Shown piece after piece: positions 8,994-18,381 of a stretch of 32,000 nucleotides of DNA. The position numbers and the translations under genes were made by a program. Positions within the stretch are counted from its first letter, which is position 1; each line of letters starts with the position of its first letter. Source of the stretch: Psychrobacter cryohalolentis K5 (GTDB taxonomy: Bacteria; Pseudomonadota; Gammaproteobacteria; Pseudomonadales; Moraxellaceae); the NCBI RefSeq assembly GCF_000013905.1, contig NC_007969.1, forward strand, positions 2,130,001-2,162,000, in the 5' to 3' direction. The notes below the pieces were generated by a model. It did not search any database and was not told the origin of the DNA. It was given only the letters and a program-made list of their open reading frames with translations.

Positions 8994-10679
8994 TTAACCC
9001 TGCTTATCGCTTTGACGCAGTAATATCCAAACAGGAATAAGACCGACCAATACAATCAACAAACTTGGTAATGCAGCGCGACCCCACATGCCTTCACTGG
9101 TCATCTCAAATACCCGAACGGCTAGCGTATCCCAACCTTGACGCCGCGTCATCAAAGTAATCGGCATCTCTTTCATCACTTCGACAAAACCCATCAACAA
9201 ACCCGTTAACACCCCTGGGCTCAATACGGGCAACATCACTTGCCGCCAGCGCTGAAAAGGGCTATCGCTAAGCAATTTAGCAGCCGCTTCTTGATTGACG
9301 GTCAAGCGCTGAAGCTGACGGTCTACCGGCTGAAAACTGACCGTCATAAAACGGGTCGATAGAGCCAGCAGCATTACGATCACACTCCCAGATAAAAACT
9401 GCGTGGAGGTTATGCCATAAGCAATCAGCTGATTATCCAGCCACGCAATCGGAATAAAGATCCCGACCGCTAATACCGTACCCGGCACCACATAGCCCAA
9501 ATTAGCTAAAGTAGTCATAAGCTTGGTAGATTTGTCCGGATATTGACGCTTAATCCACGCAATCATAATCGCTAAGACCGCAATAAACGCAGTGGTAATA
9601 CTAGCAATCATGAGGCTGTTGGTGACAAAATCAATATAGCGGGCATCAAAATCTTGCTGAAAATTTGCCGCTGTCCAATAGATAAGCTGTGCAAACGGGA
9701 TCAAAAATGCTATCAAAAATACCAGCGTACAAAGCAGCGTCATAGCAAGCTTAGCTGGTTTACTGACCTCAAAACGTTGGCTACTACCTTGGGTAATAGT
9801 ATTACCGCGTTTTGCTTGCCAATACTGTTCAAATAAGACAACGATGAAGACCACACCAATTAATAGTGCTGCCAACTGTGCCGCTGTCGTCAAGCTAAAA
9901 AACCCAAACCAAGCTTTATAAATGGCAGTAGTAAAGGTATCAACATTGAATACTGACACCGCGCCAAAGTCTGCTAGCGTCTCCATACTTGCCAGTAGCA
10001 AACCACCGATGACCCAAGGTAATGCTTGCGGTAATGCCAACCGAAAAAACACTCGACCACGACTTAAGCCAAGCATCTGCCCAGCTTCAATAGCTCGCCT
10101 ACCTTGAGATAAAAAGGCTTGGCGCGCCAGCAAATAAACATAAGGATAAAAAGCCAATGACAAGATCAGCCCTGCACCCCAGACGTTACGTACCGACGGA
10201 ATGGCAGTCGTAACCCCAAAATCTCTTAATGCGGTTTGTAATGGTCCACTAAAATCAACGATACCAACTGTGACAAATGCTAAGACATAAGCTGGCATAG
10301 CAAGCGGCAACATCAGCGCCCACGAAAAAAACCGCTGTCCAGGGAAGCGGTACATACTCGTAAGCCATGCCAATGCCGTGCCAATCGTGCCAGAAATTAC
10401 TGTGACCATTAATAATAAAATAGCCGTATTTTTGAGGACTTGTGGCAATACGTACTCACGCATATGCCCCCAAATATCAGCGACGGGCTGTGTCCATGAC
10501 AATAACACGATTAAAATCGGTATTAGCATAAACAACGAAATCAGTCCTAAGACTGATTTCGAGATGACACGTTTACGGGTAGCATGGTCTTGGCGAATAG
10601 ATTTACTCGTATTGCCTGTCTCATTACTTTCATTGACAGTATTGTTCTGACTTGCAGACGATTCTGGCATTGTTATCAT
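8994..10679 (-). CDS. fbpB: Iron(III) ABC importer permease, fused two-domain type (FbpB family)
   Basis: 561 aa with about 12 hydrophobic segments arranged as two tandem permease halves. Lies between the binding-protein gene and the ATPase gene. Confidence 0.85.
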   Translation of the reverse strand: MITMPESSASQNNTVNESNETGNTSKSIRQDHATRKRVISKSVLGLISLFMLIPILIVLLSWTQPVADIWGHMREYVLPQVLKNTAILLLMVTVISGTIGTALAWLTSMYRFPGQRFFSWALMLPLAMPAYVLAFVTVGIVDFSGPLQTALRDFGVTTAIPSVRNVWGAGLILSLAFYPYVYLLARQAFLSQGRRAIEAGQMLGLSRGRVFFRLALPQALPWVIGGLLLASMETLADFGAVSVFNVDTFTTAIYKAWFGFFSLTTAAQLAALLIGVVFIVVLFEQYWQAKRGNTITQGSSQRFEVSKPAKLAMTLLCTLVFLIAFLIPFAQLIYWTAANFQQDFDARYIDFVTNSLMIASITTAFIAVLAIMIAWIKRQYPDKSTKLMTTLANLGYVVPGTVLAVGIFIPIAWLDNQLIAYGITSTQFLSGSVIVMLLALSTRFMTVSFQPVDRQLQRLTVNQEAAAKLLSDSPFQRWRQVMLPVLSPGVLTGLLMGFVEVMKEMPITLMTRRQGWDTLAVRVFEMTSEGMWGRAALPSLLIVLVGLIPVWILLRQSDKQG

Positions 10680-10748
10680 AAGTTGTTACCGTGTCATACG
10701 CATCATAACTCTATTAAATAACTGACAGATTAAATGACTGGCAGACTT

Positions 10749-11885
10749 TTATTTATAGCCTGCTTTGTCCATCATTTGAATGGCTTGGGTTTGTAATGCA
10801 CCAAATTTCTGTACATTGATATCGTCTGGTTTGAACTGACCCCAAGATCTAAGCATCTCTGACTCATCAATCCCAACTTTGACTGGGAATTCTTTATCAG
10901 CGCTAGCATAAAGACCTTGTGCGTCATCAGATGACAACCATTCCATCAGTTTCAATGCGCCATCTGCATTGTCTGAACCCGTTACTACGCCAGCACCTGA
11001 GATATTAACGTGCGTGCCTGTCGTACCTTGGTTTGCCCAAAATATTTTTACTGGGAAATCAGGCTTTTCATCAAGCAAACGACCATAGTAGTAGCTATTG
11101 GCAATACCTACTTCACACTGACCAGCAGCGATAGCTTCTAGTAGATTGGTATCATCACTGAAAACATCAGTAGCTAAGTTAGCAACCCAACCGCGGATGA
11201 CCGCTTCTGTTTTTTCAGCGCCTAAATGCTCCATCATGCTCGCAACCAATGACTGGTTATAAACCTTTTTCGAGGTGCGTAGACATAATTTGCCTTTCCA
11301 CTTTGGATCCGCCAAATCTGCATAAGTGGATAATTGATCAGCGCTTACTTTACTTGGGTCATAAAAAATCGTACGGGCGCGCAATGACAAACCTGTCCAG
11401 CGACCTTCTGGATCACGATACTTAGCCGGTACATTTGCTTCCAAAACGCTAGAAGCAACAGGTTGCAGTAAACCTTGCCCAGCTGCTTGCCATAAGTTAC
11501 CCGCATCAACTGTCAAAAGCATATCAGCTGGGGTATTCTGACCTTCAGCTTGCAGACGCGCCATCAGTGGACCATCTTTGTCTGTAACCAGCTCAACCTT
11601 CACACCCGTCTGTTCAGTATAACGATCTAACAATGGCTTGATTAGCTGCTCATTACGTGATGAGTAGATAGTCACTGTCTGTCCATCAGCACTCGCTGCG
11701 TTGTCTTTTGCTACTTCTTGCTCAGTGCTTGGTGCTGGCGTTTCGGCATCAACACTTTCTTCTGGCGTCGATGATTTACTACAGCCAGCCAGCGCCAACA
11801 TCATGCCAAATACGGCAACCGGTAAAGTAAGTTTAGCAGAAGATAAATTTGCACTGATTACATTCAATGACATGGTTTTCCCCAT
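10749..11885 (-). CDS. fbpA: Fe(3+) ABC transporter substrate-binding lipoprotein (FbpA/AfuA family)
   Basis: Lipobox LALAGC after a hydrophobic signal sequence. The mature part (TIYSSRNEQLIKPLL..Y...GVKVELV...TPADMLLTVDAG) matches the ferric-binding-protein family. The second ATG at 11873 has the better Shine-Dalgarno (GGGGA) and may be the true start. Confidence 0.85.
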   Translation of the reverse strand: MGKTMSLNVISANLSSAKLTLPVAVFGMMLALAGCSKSSTPEESVDAETPAPSTEQEVAKDNAASADGQTVTIYSSRNEQLIKPLLDRYTEQTGVKVELVTDKDGPLMARLQAEGQNTPADMLLTVDAGNLWQAAGQGLLQPVASSVLEANVPAKYRDPEGRWTGLSLRARTIFYDPSKVSADQLSTYADLADPKWKGKLCLRTSKKVYNQSLVASMMEHLGAEKTEAVIRGWVANLATDVFSDDTNLLEAIAAGQCEVGIANSYYYGRLLDEKPDFPVKIFWANQGTTGTHVNISGAGVVTGSDNADGALKLMEWLSSDDAQGLYASADKEFPVKVGIDESEMLRSWGQFKPDDINVQKFGALQTQAIQMMDKAGYK

Positions 11886-11970
11886 AATAGCGCGGCAGAT
11901 AGGTAGAATAAAAAGACATTAAAAATCATGGATTGATAGGATTAAAAAGACCCTAATGTCTGGAAAGCAT

Positions 11971-11999
11971 ATACTAATGGAAATGATATTAATTATCAA
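11971..11999 (-). promoter_or_regulatory. Candidate sigma70 promoter of the fbpABC operon
   Basis: Minus strand reads TTGATA, a 17-nt spacer, then TAGTAT. It sits about 85 nt upstream of fbpA and overlaps the Fur-box-like site. Confidence 0.5.
11979..11997. promoter_or_regulatory. Fur box-like operator
   Basis: GGAAATGATATTAATTATC matches the 19-bp Fur consensus GATAATGATAATCATTATC at 15 of 19 positions. It lies between the -35 and -10 elements of the predicted fbpA promoter. Confidence 0.6.
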
Positions 12000-12134
12000 T
12001 ACATTTATTTAGCCCGATTATTTAGTTAAATAATCAACAATTAATGCTGTGTATAATGGTTTTTTAATGGGGTTTTAATACCGTTGTAATGAATCTTGCC
12101 GCATTTCCAACTAAGACTTATATCAGTTATTATC

Positions 12135-12878
12135 TTACAATAGCCATTGCCCCAGAATAGCATTGACTGCCGCTTCAGTGCGCAATATTCGTGCACCGAT
12201 ATGTACCGCTTGGCAGCCTTGCTTTGCAAGCAGCTCAACTTCATAATCAATCCAGCCGCCTTCTGCACCGATAAAAACCATGCTTGGTAGTATCGATTTC
12301 TGAGGTGATTCAGAGCTTTCTAATTGTTGTTGCACATATTCTGAAAACGATAATTCCGCATAAGGGTGAGCGACAATAGCTCGATTGGTGATTAAGTTTG
12401 CCAACTCATCTTCAACAAAGGGCTTAAAGCGTTTTTGCAAACTGATACGCGGCGCGACGGTATCAATGCCTTGTTGCAGCCCTTCTAATACGAACTCATC
12501 AAGGCGACTCAGCATCGGGCTTTGCCAGTAGCTTTTTTGCGTACGATAGCTGTTAATCAATATGATATCGCGGACACCAAGCGCGGTCATATCCATAATC
12601 AGACGGCGCAATACTTTTGGGCGTGGCAATGCTAATACCACAGTGAGATCAAGCTTAGGCGGCGGTGCTGTGACGAAACTTATCTCACATAAATCAATAC
12701 GCTCAGGCGTTATATCAGCAATAATAGCAGTGCCAAGATTGCCTTCTAACTGCCCAATTTTTAGGGTGTCGCCTACTTTCGCTCCCAGAACTTGGTTGAC
12801 ATGCTCAATTTGCGCCACTGCATTGATATATGCAGATTCATTAGAAAAGTTTGCAGCCGGTAATAAAATACAGTTCAT
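12135..12878 (-). CDS. rsmE: 16S rRNA (uracil1498-N3)-methyltransferase
   Basis: 247 aa with RsmE/YggJ architecture: a PUA-like N-domain and a SPOUT C-domain (LALPRPK...; FIGAEGGW...E; GARILRTEAA). Confidence 0.9.
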   Translation of the reverse strand: MNCILLPAANFSNESAYINAVAQIEHVNQVLGAKVGDTLKIGQLEGNLGTAIIADITPERIDLCEISFVTAPPPKLDLTVVLALPRPKVLRRLIMDMTALGVRDIILINSYRTQKSYWQSPMLSRLDEFVLEGLQQGIDTVAPRISLQKRFKPFVEDELANLITNRAIVAHPYAELSFSEYVQQQLESSESPQKSILPSMVFIGAEGGWIDYEVELLAKQGCQAVHIGARILRTEAAVNAILGQWLL

Positions 12879-12886
12879 AGTGGCTC

Positions 12887-14482
12887 TTAATTTAAATCTT
12901 GGCTAACACTTTGAAGAGCATGCTGCTCGATGACTTTTTCTATCATCGATAATTGACGACTCAATACTGCTTGCTGCTGATCGGTCATCTGCGCGCCCGC
13001 CTCCCCTGCCTGTTTAGCCAATGCTAAATGACTCATCCAATATTTTAGCTGCTGATAAATCAGCGTCTCATCATCGGCAAATTTTTGGTTTTCGTTCGCT
13101 TGTTCATCATGATTATTAGTATGATCAATCGCCTGATAAAAAGGGTTGTTTGGCTGATATAACGCCCCTACGCTTGCTAATTTATCCACGACGCTTTGGC
13201 AAGATTGCGTATGGATACCCATCAACACGGGTGTCGCCACACTTGCCGGCTCAACTGGATTATGTCCGCCCACCTCGACCAATGAGCCGCCAACCAATGC
13301 CACATCGGCAAGAGCATACCAATTCATTAACTCACCCATGCTATCCGCCAGATAGACTTGGGTAGTTATGTCGATAGCTTCTGCTGCACTGCGCCGTGCC
13401 ATGGTCAAGCCTGAATTTTGAATCAGTGCTGCCACTTCATCAAAGCGCTCTGGATGGCGTGGGACGATAATAAGTAGCGCCTCTGCCAATGCAGGGTTTG
13501 ACAGTAATTGCTGCTGCCATGACAGTACCGTATCCTCTTCACCACCATGAGTGCTTGCTGCCACCCAAATTGGGCGATTGACCACGCCCAAATCACTCGC
13601 CGTCACACTCGTTTTTTTTGCTAACTCTGTCTGCTCGCTATTTTCAATATCGACATCGATAGTCATGTCATCATCTGGCTCATATACATTAGACAATTTA
13701 GGCGTATTAATGACCCATTTTAGCGAGCCTGCCACACGGATTTGGGCGCTATGCGCACCCAATTGTCGAAAGCGTTTGGCGGAGTCATTATCCTGCGCAA
13801 TGATTAAACTCAAATTTTTCATCATGCTGGTGCTGACTGCGCCAATTTTTTGATAGCTTTTAAAAGAGGATGCTGATAGTCGACCATTGACTAGAATACT
13901 TGGGATATGATGCTCAGATAATTTGGTTAAAATATTTGCCCATAGCTCTGTTTCTACAAATAAGGCAGCAACAGGTTGTACATGAGTCAAAAAGCGCTCA
14001 ATCACCGCCGGACTATCAACCGGCACATAACTGTGACTCAATCGACCTTGCGCAATGTCTTCTGCAAATCGACTGGCACCGCGCGCAAAACCAGTCTGGG
14101 TAGTGTTGGTCAGCCATATCCGATAACCACGAGACAATAGTGCATCCAATAATGGCGCAACGGTATTGGTTTCTCCCAAAGAGACCGCGTGGCACCAGAT
14201 GGTTTTATTTCGCTTATTAACATTGATGCTACTGTTTAAATCCGCAGCTGGCAGATACGTTTCTGTGGCTATAGGAGGCGCAGGATAACGCTTACCAAAA
14301 CGCTGTTCAACTTCTTGCTTATAATTATCGCGCGCATGCGAGCGGCGCCATACTTGCAGGCGATATAACGGCTTTAATAAGCTTATGCCGACTTGATAAT
14401 ACACAGGTGGCTTATATACCGCATGGCTTTGCAGAGGCTGTGCCTGAATAGAAAGATTTTTTGAGGTGTCAGAAGATGGCAT
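12887..14482 (-). CDS. waaA: 3-deoxy-D-manno-octulosonic acid (Kdo) transferase
   Basis: Conserved KdtA blocks (WCHAVSLGETNTVAPLL, PIWVAASTHGGEE, VPRHPERF, ADVALVGGSL...GGHNPVEPA). The start is set at ATG 14480-14482 (MPSSDT...). The track ORF begins 60 nt upstream. Confidence 0.9.
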   Translation of the reverse strand: MPSSDTSKNLSIQAQPLQSHAVYKPPVYYQVGISLLKPLYRLQVWRRSHARDNYKQEVEQRFGKRYPAPPIATETYLPAADLNSSINVNKRNKTIWCHAVSLGETNTVAPLLDALLSRGYRIWLTNTTQTGFARGASRFAEDIAQGRLSHSYVPVDSPAVIERFLTHVQPVAALFVETELWANILTKLSEHHIPSILVNGRLSASSFKSYQKIGAVSTSMMKNLSLIIAQDNDSAKRFRQLGAHSAQIRVAGSLKWVINTPKLSNVYEPDDDMTIDVDIENSEQTELAKKTSVTASDLGVVNRPIWVAASTHGGEEDTVLSWQQQLLSNPALAEALLIIVPRHPERFDEVAALIQNSGLTMARRSAAEAIDITTQVYLADSMGELMNWYALADVALVGGSLVEVGGHNPVEPASVATPVLMGIHTQSCQSVVDKLASVGALYQPNNPFYQAIDHTNNHDEQANENQKFADDETLIYQQLKYWMSHLALAKQAGEAGAQMTDQQQAVLSRQLSMIEKVIEQHALQSVSQDLN

Positions 14483-14604
14483 GCAAAAGCCTAGATAATT
14501 AATGGAGCAGATAATAGGAGTCGCGCACAAAAAACGCACCAATTCTACCTGAATTTATTACCAAACAATACGTTTTTAAATTCAAGGATATTGGTCATCG
14601 TTTT

Positions 14605-16104
14605 TTAGACCAAAATAATAATGAGTAAGGCTATTACGATAATGACTGCAAACAGTAGCTGATAGCGCTTAAGGCTATGCTGCTCTTGCTTTTGGGTGTT
14701 GATTAACGTTTGTGCTTGTTGCCACTGATCGACTAAGCTTGCCGCTTCGATGTGCCCATTTTCTGCCGCTTGCTCGAGCCAATATTTACCGACCTTAAGG
14801 TCTTGCGTAACCCCTACGCCTTGATAATACATTTTACTCAGTAAGCGCTGGGCTCGACTGTCATTTTTACTTGCCGCTTGTTGCACCCATTCAACCCCAG
14901 CCTCTATACCAGCGACTTTATCAGCGCCTTCATTTGCTATCAGACCTTCGCCGAGCAGCCCATACATCGCCAAGCGCAACATCGCAGCACTGTTTCCTGC
15001 ATTTGCAGCGTCTTCTAATCCCAACAAGGCCTGCTGCTTTGCTTGCAGATGCGCCTCTGAAAAGACGACTTGCTTACGGGGTTTTTCTTGCTTGGCAATA
15101 TGACGTTCAAACTGATCTAAAACCTTGCACGCCTTCTCATATTCAGTTTCGCCCGTGGTCTGTGTTACTTCTATCTCATGTAGCTCTGTTAATAGTTGGC
15201 TAAAAATCTCTGGCGTGGGTGGTTTTTTTGCGACTGCCGTGGTTTTTACTGGTTCTACTATAGGTGCTGCCGTTGCGTTTGTTATTTCTATATCTTCTGC
15301 TAATGGCATTGATGTAATTGTAGTAGCTGCTGTAGACGATACATTACCCGCTTTGTCATATGAAAGTTGATTTGTCGCCATGTCTATGGACGACTTACTA
15401 TTCGAATAAAAGGATGTGCTACTATTTTCAGGGCTTACTTTCTCAATAAATGCCTTTTCATTTGCTGTTTGAGTGTTTGGTTTATCTGCTATGGTCGTAT
15501 TAACCAAATGAGGCTGATGATTTACAGATTTTGGCAATCTGTCACTAACGGCTTGGTATAAGCCGCTAGCGACTTCACCACCTTGCGCCGATTTAAACGC
15601 GCGGTCGATATGACCAAATAAACGCATCCCTATCGGTTCTAAAGCAAAGAAAAGCGAGGTATTAGCTTTATCACTGCTATCTTTGGTATTAACATCAGTA
15701 TCAGCGCCATAAAACATTGCCATATGCTGATAAAAATCATCGGTCGTCAGTCCTAACTTAGGATAGCGGGCATCTAGCTCAAACTGACCAAACCAACGCG
15801 GCGATTGTTGCCATTGCTGCGCCAATACTCGTCCTGCATAAAACGCCAAAAACACCATAAAGTTACGATAGCGCTCATCTTTTAATAACGTTGCTTCATC
15901 CCAAATGCTTGTTTTGACCATATCGCGGCGTATCTGAGACAGTAGCGTATCTATGCGCTGCAAGCTTGACAGCGATTCATCCAAACCACAGTGATGCAAA
16001 TCCACTTCGTAAGCGATACCGCCTGCGACAGCACGCCTTGCCAAAAAATCTTGCCAATAACCTGCTGCAATATAATCAAGGGGCGTTAAGGGCGATGCAG
16101 ACAT
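14605..16104 (-). CDS. Sel1-repeat (TPR-like) protein with an uncharacterised N-domain, a low-complexity linker and a C-terminal transmembrane anchor
   Basis: Two Sel1-type repeats near the C-terminus (AAMLRLAMYGLLGEG...WVQQAA; AQRLLSKMYYQGVGVTQDLKVGKYWLEQAAENGHIEAA). The terminal hydrophobic stretch LLFAVIIVIALLIIILV ends the protein. No N-terminal signal peptide. Confidence 0.7.
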   Translation of the reverse strand: MSASPLTPLDYIAAGYWQDFLARRAVAGGIAYEVDLHHCGLDESLSSLQRIDTLLSQIRRDMVKTSIWDEATLLKDERYRNFMVFLAFYAGRVLAQQWQQSPRWFGQFELDARYPKLGLTTDDFYQHMAMFYGADTDVNTKDSSDKANTSLFFALEPIGMRLFGHIDRAFKSAQGGEVASGLYQAVSDRLPKSVNHQPHLVNTTIADKPNTQTANEKAFIEKVSPENSSTSFYSNSKSSIDMATNQLSYDKAGNVSSTAATTITSMPLAEDIEITNATAAPIVEPVKTTAVAKKPPTPEIFSQLLTELHEIEVTQTTGETEYEKACKVLDQFERHIAKQEKPRKQVVFSEAHLQAKQQALLGLEDAANAGNSAAMLRLAMYGLLGEGLIANEGADKVAGIEAGVEWVQQAASKNDSRAQRLLSKMYYQGVGVTQDLKVGKYWLEQAAENGHIEAASLVDQWQQAQTLINTQKQEQHSLKRYQLLFAVIIVIALLIIILV

Positions 16105-16206
16105 AAGAAACGCGTATCCTTTAAAAAAGTAAATTAATCATAGAGGCAATGAACTAAAAGCAGTTGTGCAAAATATAGTGCTTACCTTAACTTAAAATAT
16201 GTAAGG

Positions 16207-17874
16207 CTACAATAATGGACTAAATAAGCGTATCACATTATCAAACAAGCGTTCAGCCTTATGACGCCGTTGCCACTGATCCAAGGTTAAAAAACGACAG
16301 CTTTGTAAATACGAATCTTGACAAGCAGCAACTTGCGCGACCATTTCAGGCGTATAAATCGCCAAACTGACTTCCATGTTCAGATAAAAGCTGCGCATAT
16401 CGATATTGACGGTGCCAAATATACAGTAATCGTCATCTATAACTACTGTTTTGGCATGCAGCAGACCACCCTTAAACAGAGCAATGGTAACACCCGCTTC
16501 TAACAACTCTTGGTAATACGCTTGCGAGGCGTGCTGAACTAAGAATGAATCAACCTTTTCAGGGATAATCAGCGTAACTTTGACCCCGCGCTTGGCTGCC
16601 GTCACTAGCGCGCCTGACAAAGCTTCATCCGGTACAAAGTACGGCGTTGTGATACAAATACAGTGATTAGCACGATGTAAAACGGTTACTAAGGTATTAT
16701 AAATAACGTGAGCGGTCACTTGTGGCGCTGAAGGAATCAACTGCGCGACCACGCCTTTTACTACCGGCATCTGCGGAATCACTGTCGACATCGCACCAGT
16801 ACAGGGGGTTTCTACATTTTCTATCCCATCATCCAATACTTTGATGCGACTATTGATGTCATTAATCGTCGGATTGCGCACATATAGCTTACGTGTGTAG
16901 CTGTTGACTCGTTGATGCAGCGCATCTAGATTGTCACTGTTTTCCGCCCCGATATCGGTCACCACCACTTTTGCCATTGCAGTCGCAATGCTAATGTCAT
17001 TATCACTGACACTGCGTATCGCCACATCAATCCATTCACCGACGTCTTTATTCTGCTTAAAAAACTTAGGATCAACCAAATTAAAGCTACCGATATAACC
17101 GATATAACCATCAATAACTACGATTTTACGATGATTACGCAAATCTGAACGCTTAAATAACGTTTTAAACAACCCTACTGGCAATGACTGATGGACAAAA
17201 ACGCCTGCTTTTTCTAATTTTCGATGGGCTTTACTGTTAAAAAAACTAAAACTCCCCACACTATCAATCAGAATATGACACTCAACTCCGCGTTGAGCGG
17301 CTGCCATTAACGATTCTATAACATCAAGCACCTGCCCCTTAGGATAAATAATATAAAACTCCATCAAGATACTGCGCTGAGCGGCATTGATGTCATCAAT
17401 CAAACGTTTAAAAATAATATTGGCGTGTGTCAACAGTTGCATATCATGGTTTGAGAATACCCCAAACCCTGTCCAGCGCGTACCGATATGACTGACCCCA
17501 CGGTAATGAGTCGGCAATACCTCTTGCCCTTCATCAAACACCAAGCGCTCCCGTTGTGCCATCTCATTCATCAGTAGTCGCGCTTGATCCATTCGCTGGC
17601 GATAACGTCGACCTATCATCGGCTCACCAACCAGCACATAGGCAATCAAGCCAAATACGGGCAAAGTAAACAAAACCGCTATCCATGCAATTGCCACCCC
17701 AATATTGCGCTGTACCGAGACAATACGCAACGTCATCACAATCATAAGAATAATATGAAATATCAGACCTAGCCCAGCAAAGTCTGTCCAAGACCATGCT
17801 GCCACTTGCTGCTCAGTAGTAGATAAAGCTTCTATTGTTTTCGCCTCCAACTGGTAATAGCACAATATAATCAA
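16207..17874 (-). CDS. cls: Cardiolipin synthase (PLD superfamily, ClsA type)
   Basis: Two N-terminal TM helices and two HKD motifs (HRKIVVIDGYIGYIGSFN and HAKTVVIDDDYCIFGTVN). The start is uncertain. There is no ATG upstream of the first TM helix; candidates are TTG at 17874 and GTG at 17805. Confidence 0.9.
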   Translation of the reverse strand: MIILCYYQLEAKTIEALSTTEQQVAAWSWTDFAGLGLIFHIILMIVMTLRIVSVQRNIGVAIAWIAVLFTLPVFGLIAYVLVGEPMIGRRYRQRMDQARLLMNEMAQRERLVFDEGQEVLPTHYRGVSHIGTRWTGFGVFSNHDMQLLTHANIIFKRLIDDINAAQRSILMEFYIIYPKGQVLDVIESLMAAAQRGVECHILIDSVGSFSFFNSKAHRKLEKAGVFVHQSLPVGLFKTLFKRSDLRNHRKIVVIDGYIGYIGSFNLVDPKFFKQNKDVGEWIDVAIRSVSDNDISIATAMAKVVVTDIGAENSDNLDALHQRVNSYTRKLYVRNPTINDINSRIKVLDDGIENVETPCTGAMSTVIPQMPVVKGVVAQLIPSAPQVTAHVIYNTLVTVLHRANHCICITTPYFVPDEALSGALVTAAKRGVKVTLIIPEKVDSFLVQHASQAYYQELLEAGVTIALFKGGLLHAKTVVIDDDYCIFGTVNIDMRSFYLNMEVSLAIYTPEMVAQVAACQDSYLQSCRFLTLDQWQRRHKAERLFDNVIRLFSPLL

Positions 17875-18024
17875 ATACGACCAATCAAGTATAGTAGCTT
17901 TTATCCGCCGCGCAATAGGTAACTATTCGTTGACTAGGTAGTTGTCATATGGGCTGTTACATCATCTAGCCATACTCTCAAACGCCTTTTTAATAATCAT
18001 TTTTTAAAAAATGTAAAATAGTGT

Positions 18025-18052
18025 TTGACAGCCATGTGTAAATCTATATAAT
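18025..18052 (+). promoter_or_regulatory. Near-consensus sigma70 promoter for the tRNA-Val/tRNA-Asp operon
   Basis: TTGACA (18025-18030), a 16-nt spacer, then TATAAT (18047-18052). It is preceded by an A/T-rich UP-like tract (TTTTTAAAAAATGTAAAATA) and lies about 80 nt upstream of tRNA-Val. Confidence 0.7.
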
Positions 18053-18131
18053 ACACACCCACAGCAGCAGAGCTTAGTGACAAACTTAGAGCTCAGTTGA
18101 TGTTGAATAAATTGCCTAGCAATTGTTCGAA

Positions 18132-18207
18132 GGGTGATTAGCTCAGTTGGTAGAGCGTCTGCCTTACACGCAGAATGTCGGCGGTTCGAATCCGTCATCA
18201 CCCACCA
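18132..18207 (+). tRNA. tRNA-Val (anticodon TAC)
   Basis: 76 nt, GGGTGATTAGCTCAGTTGGTAGAGC...GGTTCGAATCCGTCATCACCCACCA. Cloverleaf fold with anticodon loop CTTACAC and an encoded CCA. Close to E. coli tRNA-Val(UAC). Confidence 0.95.
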
Positions 18208-18272
18208 CTATTTAGTATAGCGTTACTCTAAAGTAGTAAGCTAAGTGGTTAAATAAACTAAGTATGACCTAA

Positions 18273-18349
18273 GCAGCGGTAGTTCAGTTGGTTAGAATAC
18301 CGGCCTGTCACGCCGGGGGTCGCGGGTTCGAGTCCCGTCCGCTGCGCCA
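18273..18349 (+). tRNA. tRNA-Asp (anticodon GTC)
   Basis: 77 nt, GCAGCGGTAGTTCAGTTGGTTAGAATACCGGCCTGTCACGCCGGGGGTCGCGGGTTCGAGTCCCGTCCGCTGCGCCA. Nearly identical to E. coli tRNA-Asp. Confidence 0.95.
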
Positions 18350-18381
18350 TATTTAAAACTTAGTTTTAATACAAAAGTTTC

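Noticed and set aside
12041-12268. A 75-aa minus-strand ORF overlapping the 3' end of rsmE.
   Set aside because: It is out of frame with and overlaps rsmE, then extends into the AT-rich spacer. It has no Shine-Dalgarno and no recognisable family.
18004-18201. A 65-aa minus-strand ORF.
   Set aside because: It overlaps the tRNA-Val gene and its promoter. It is an artefact of ORF calling across an RNA gene.
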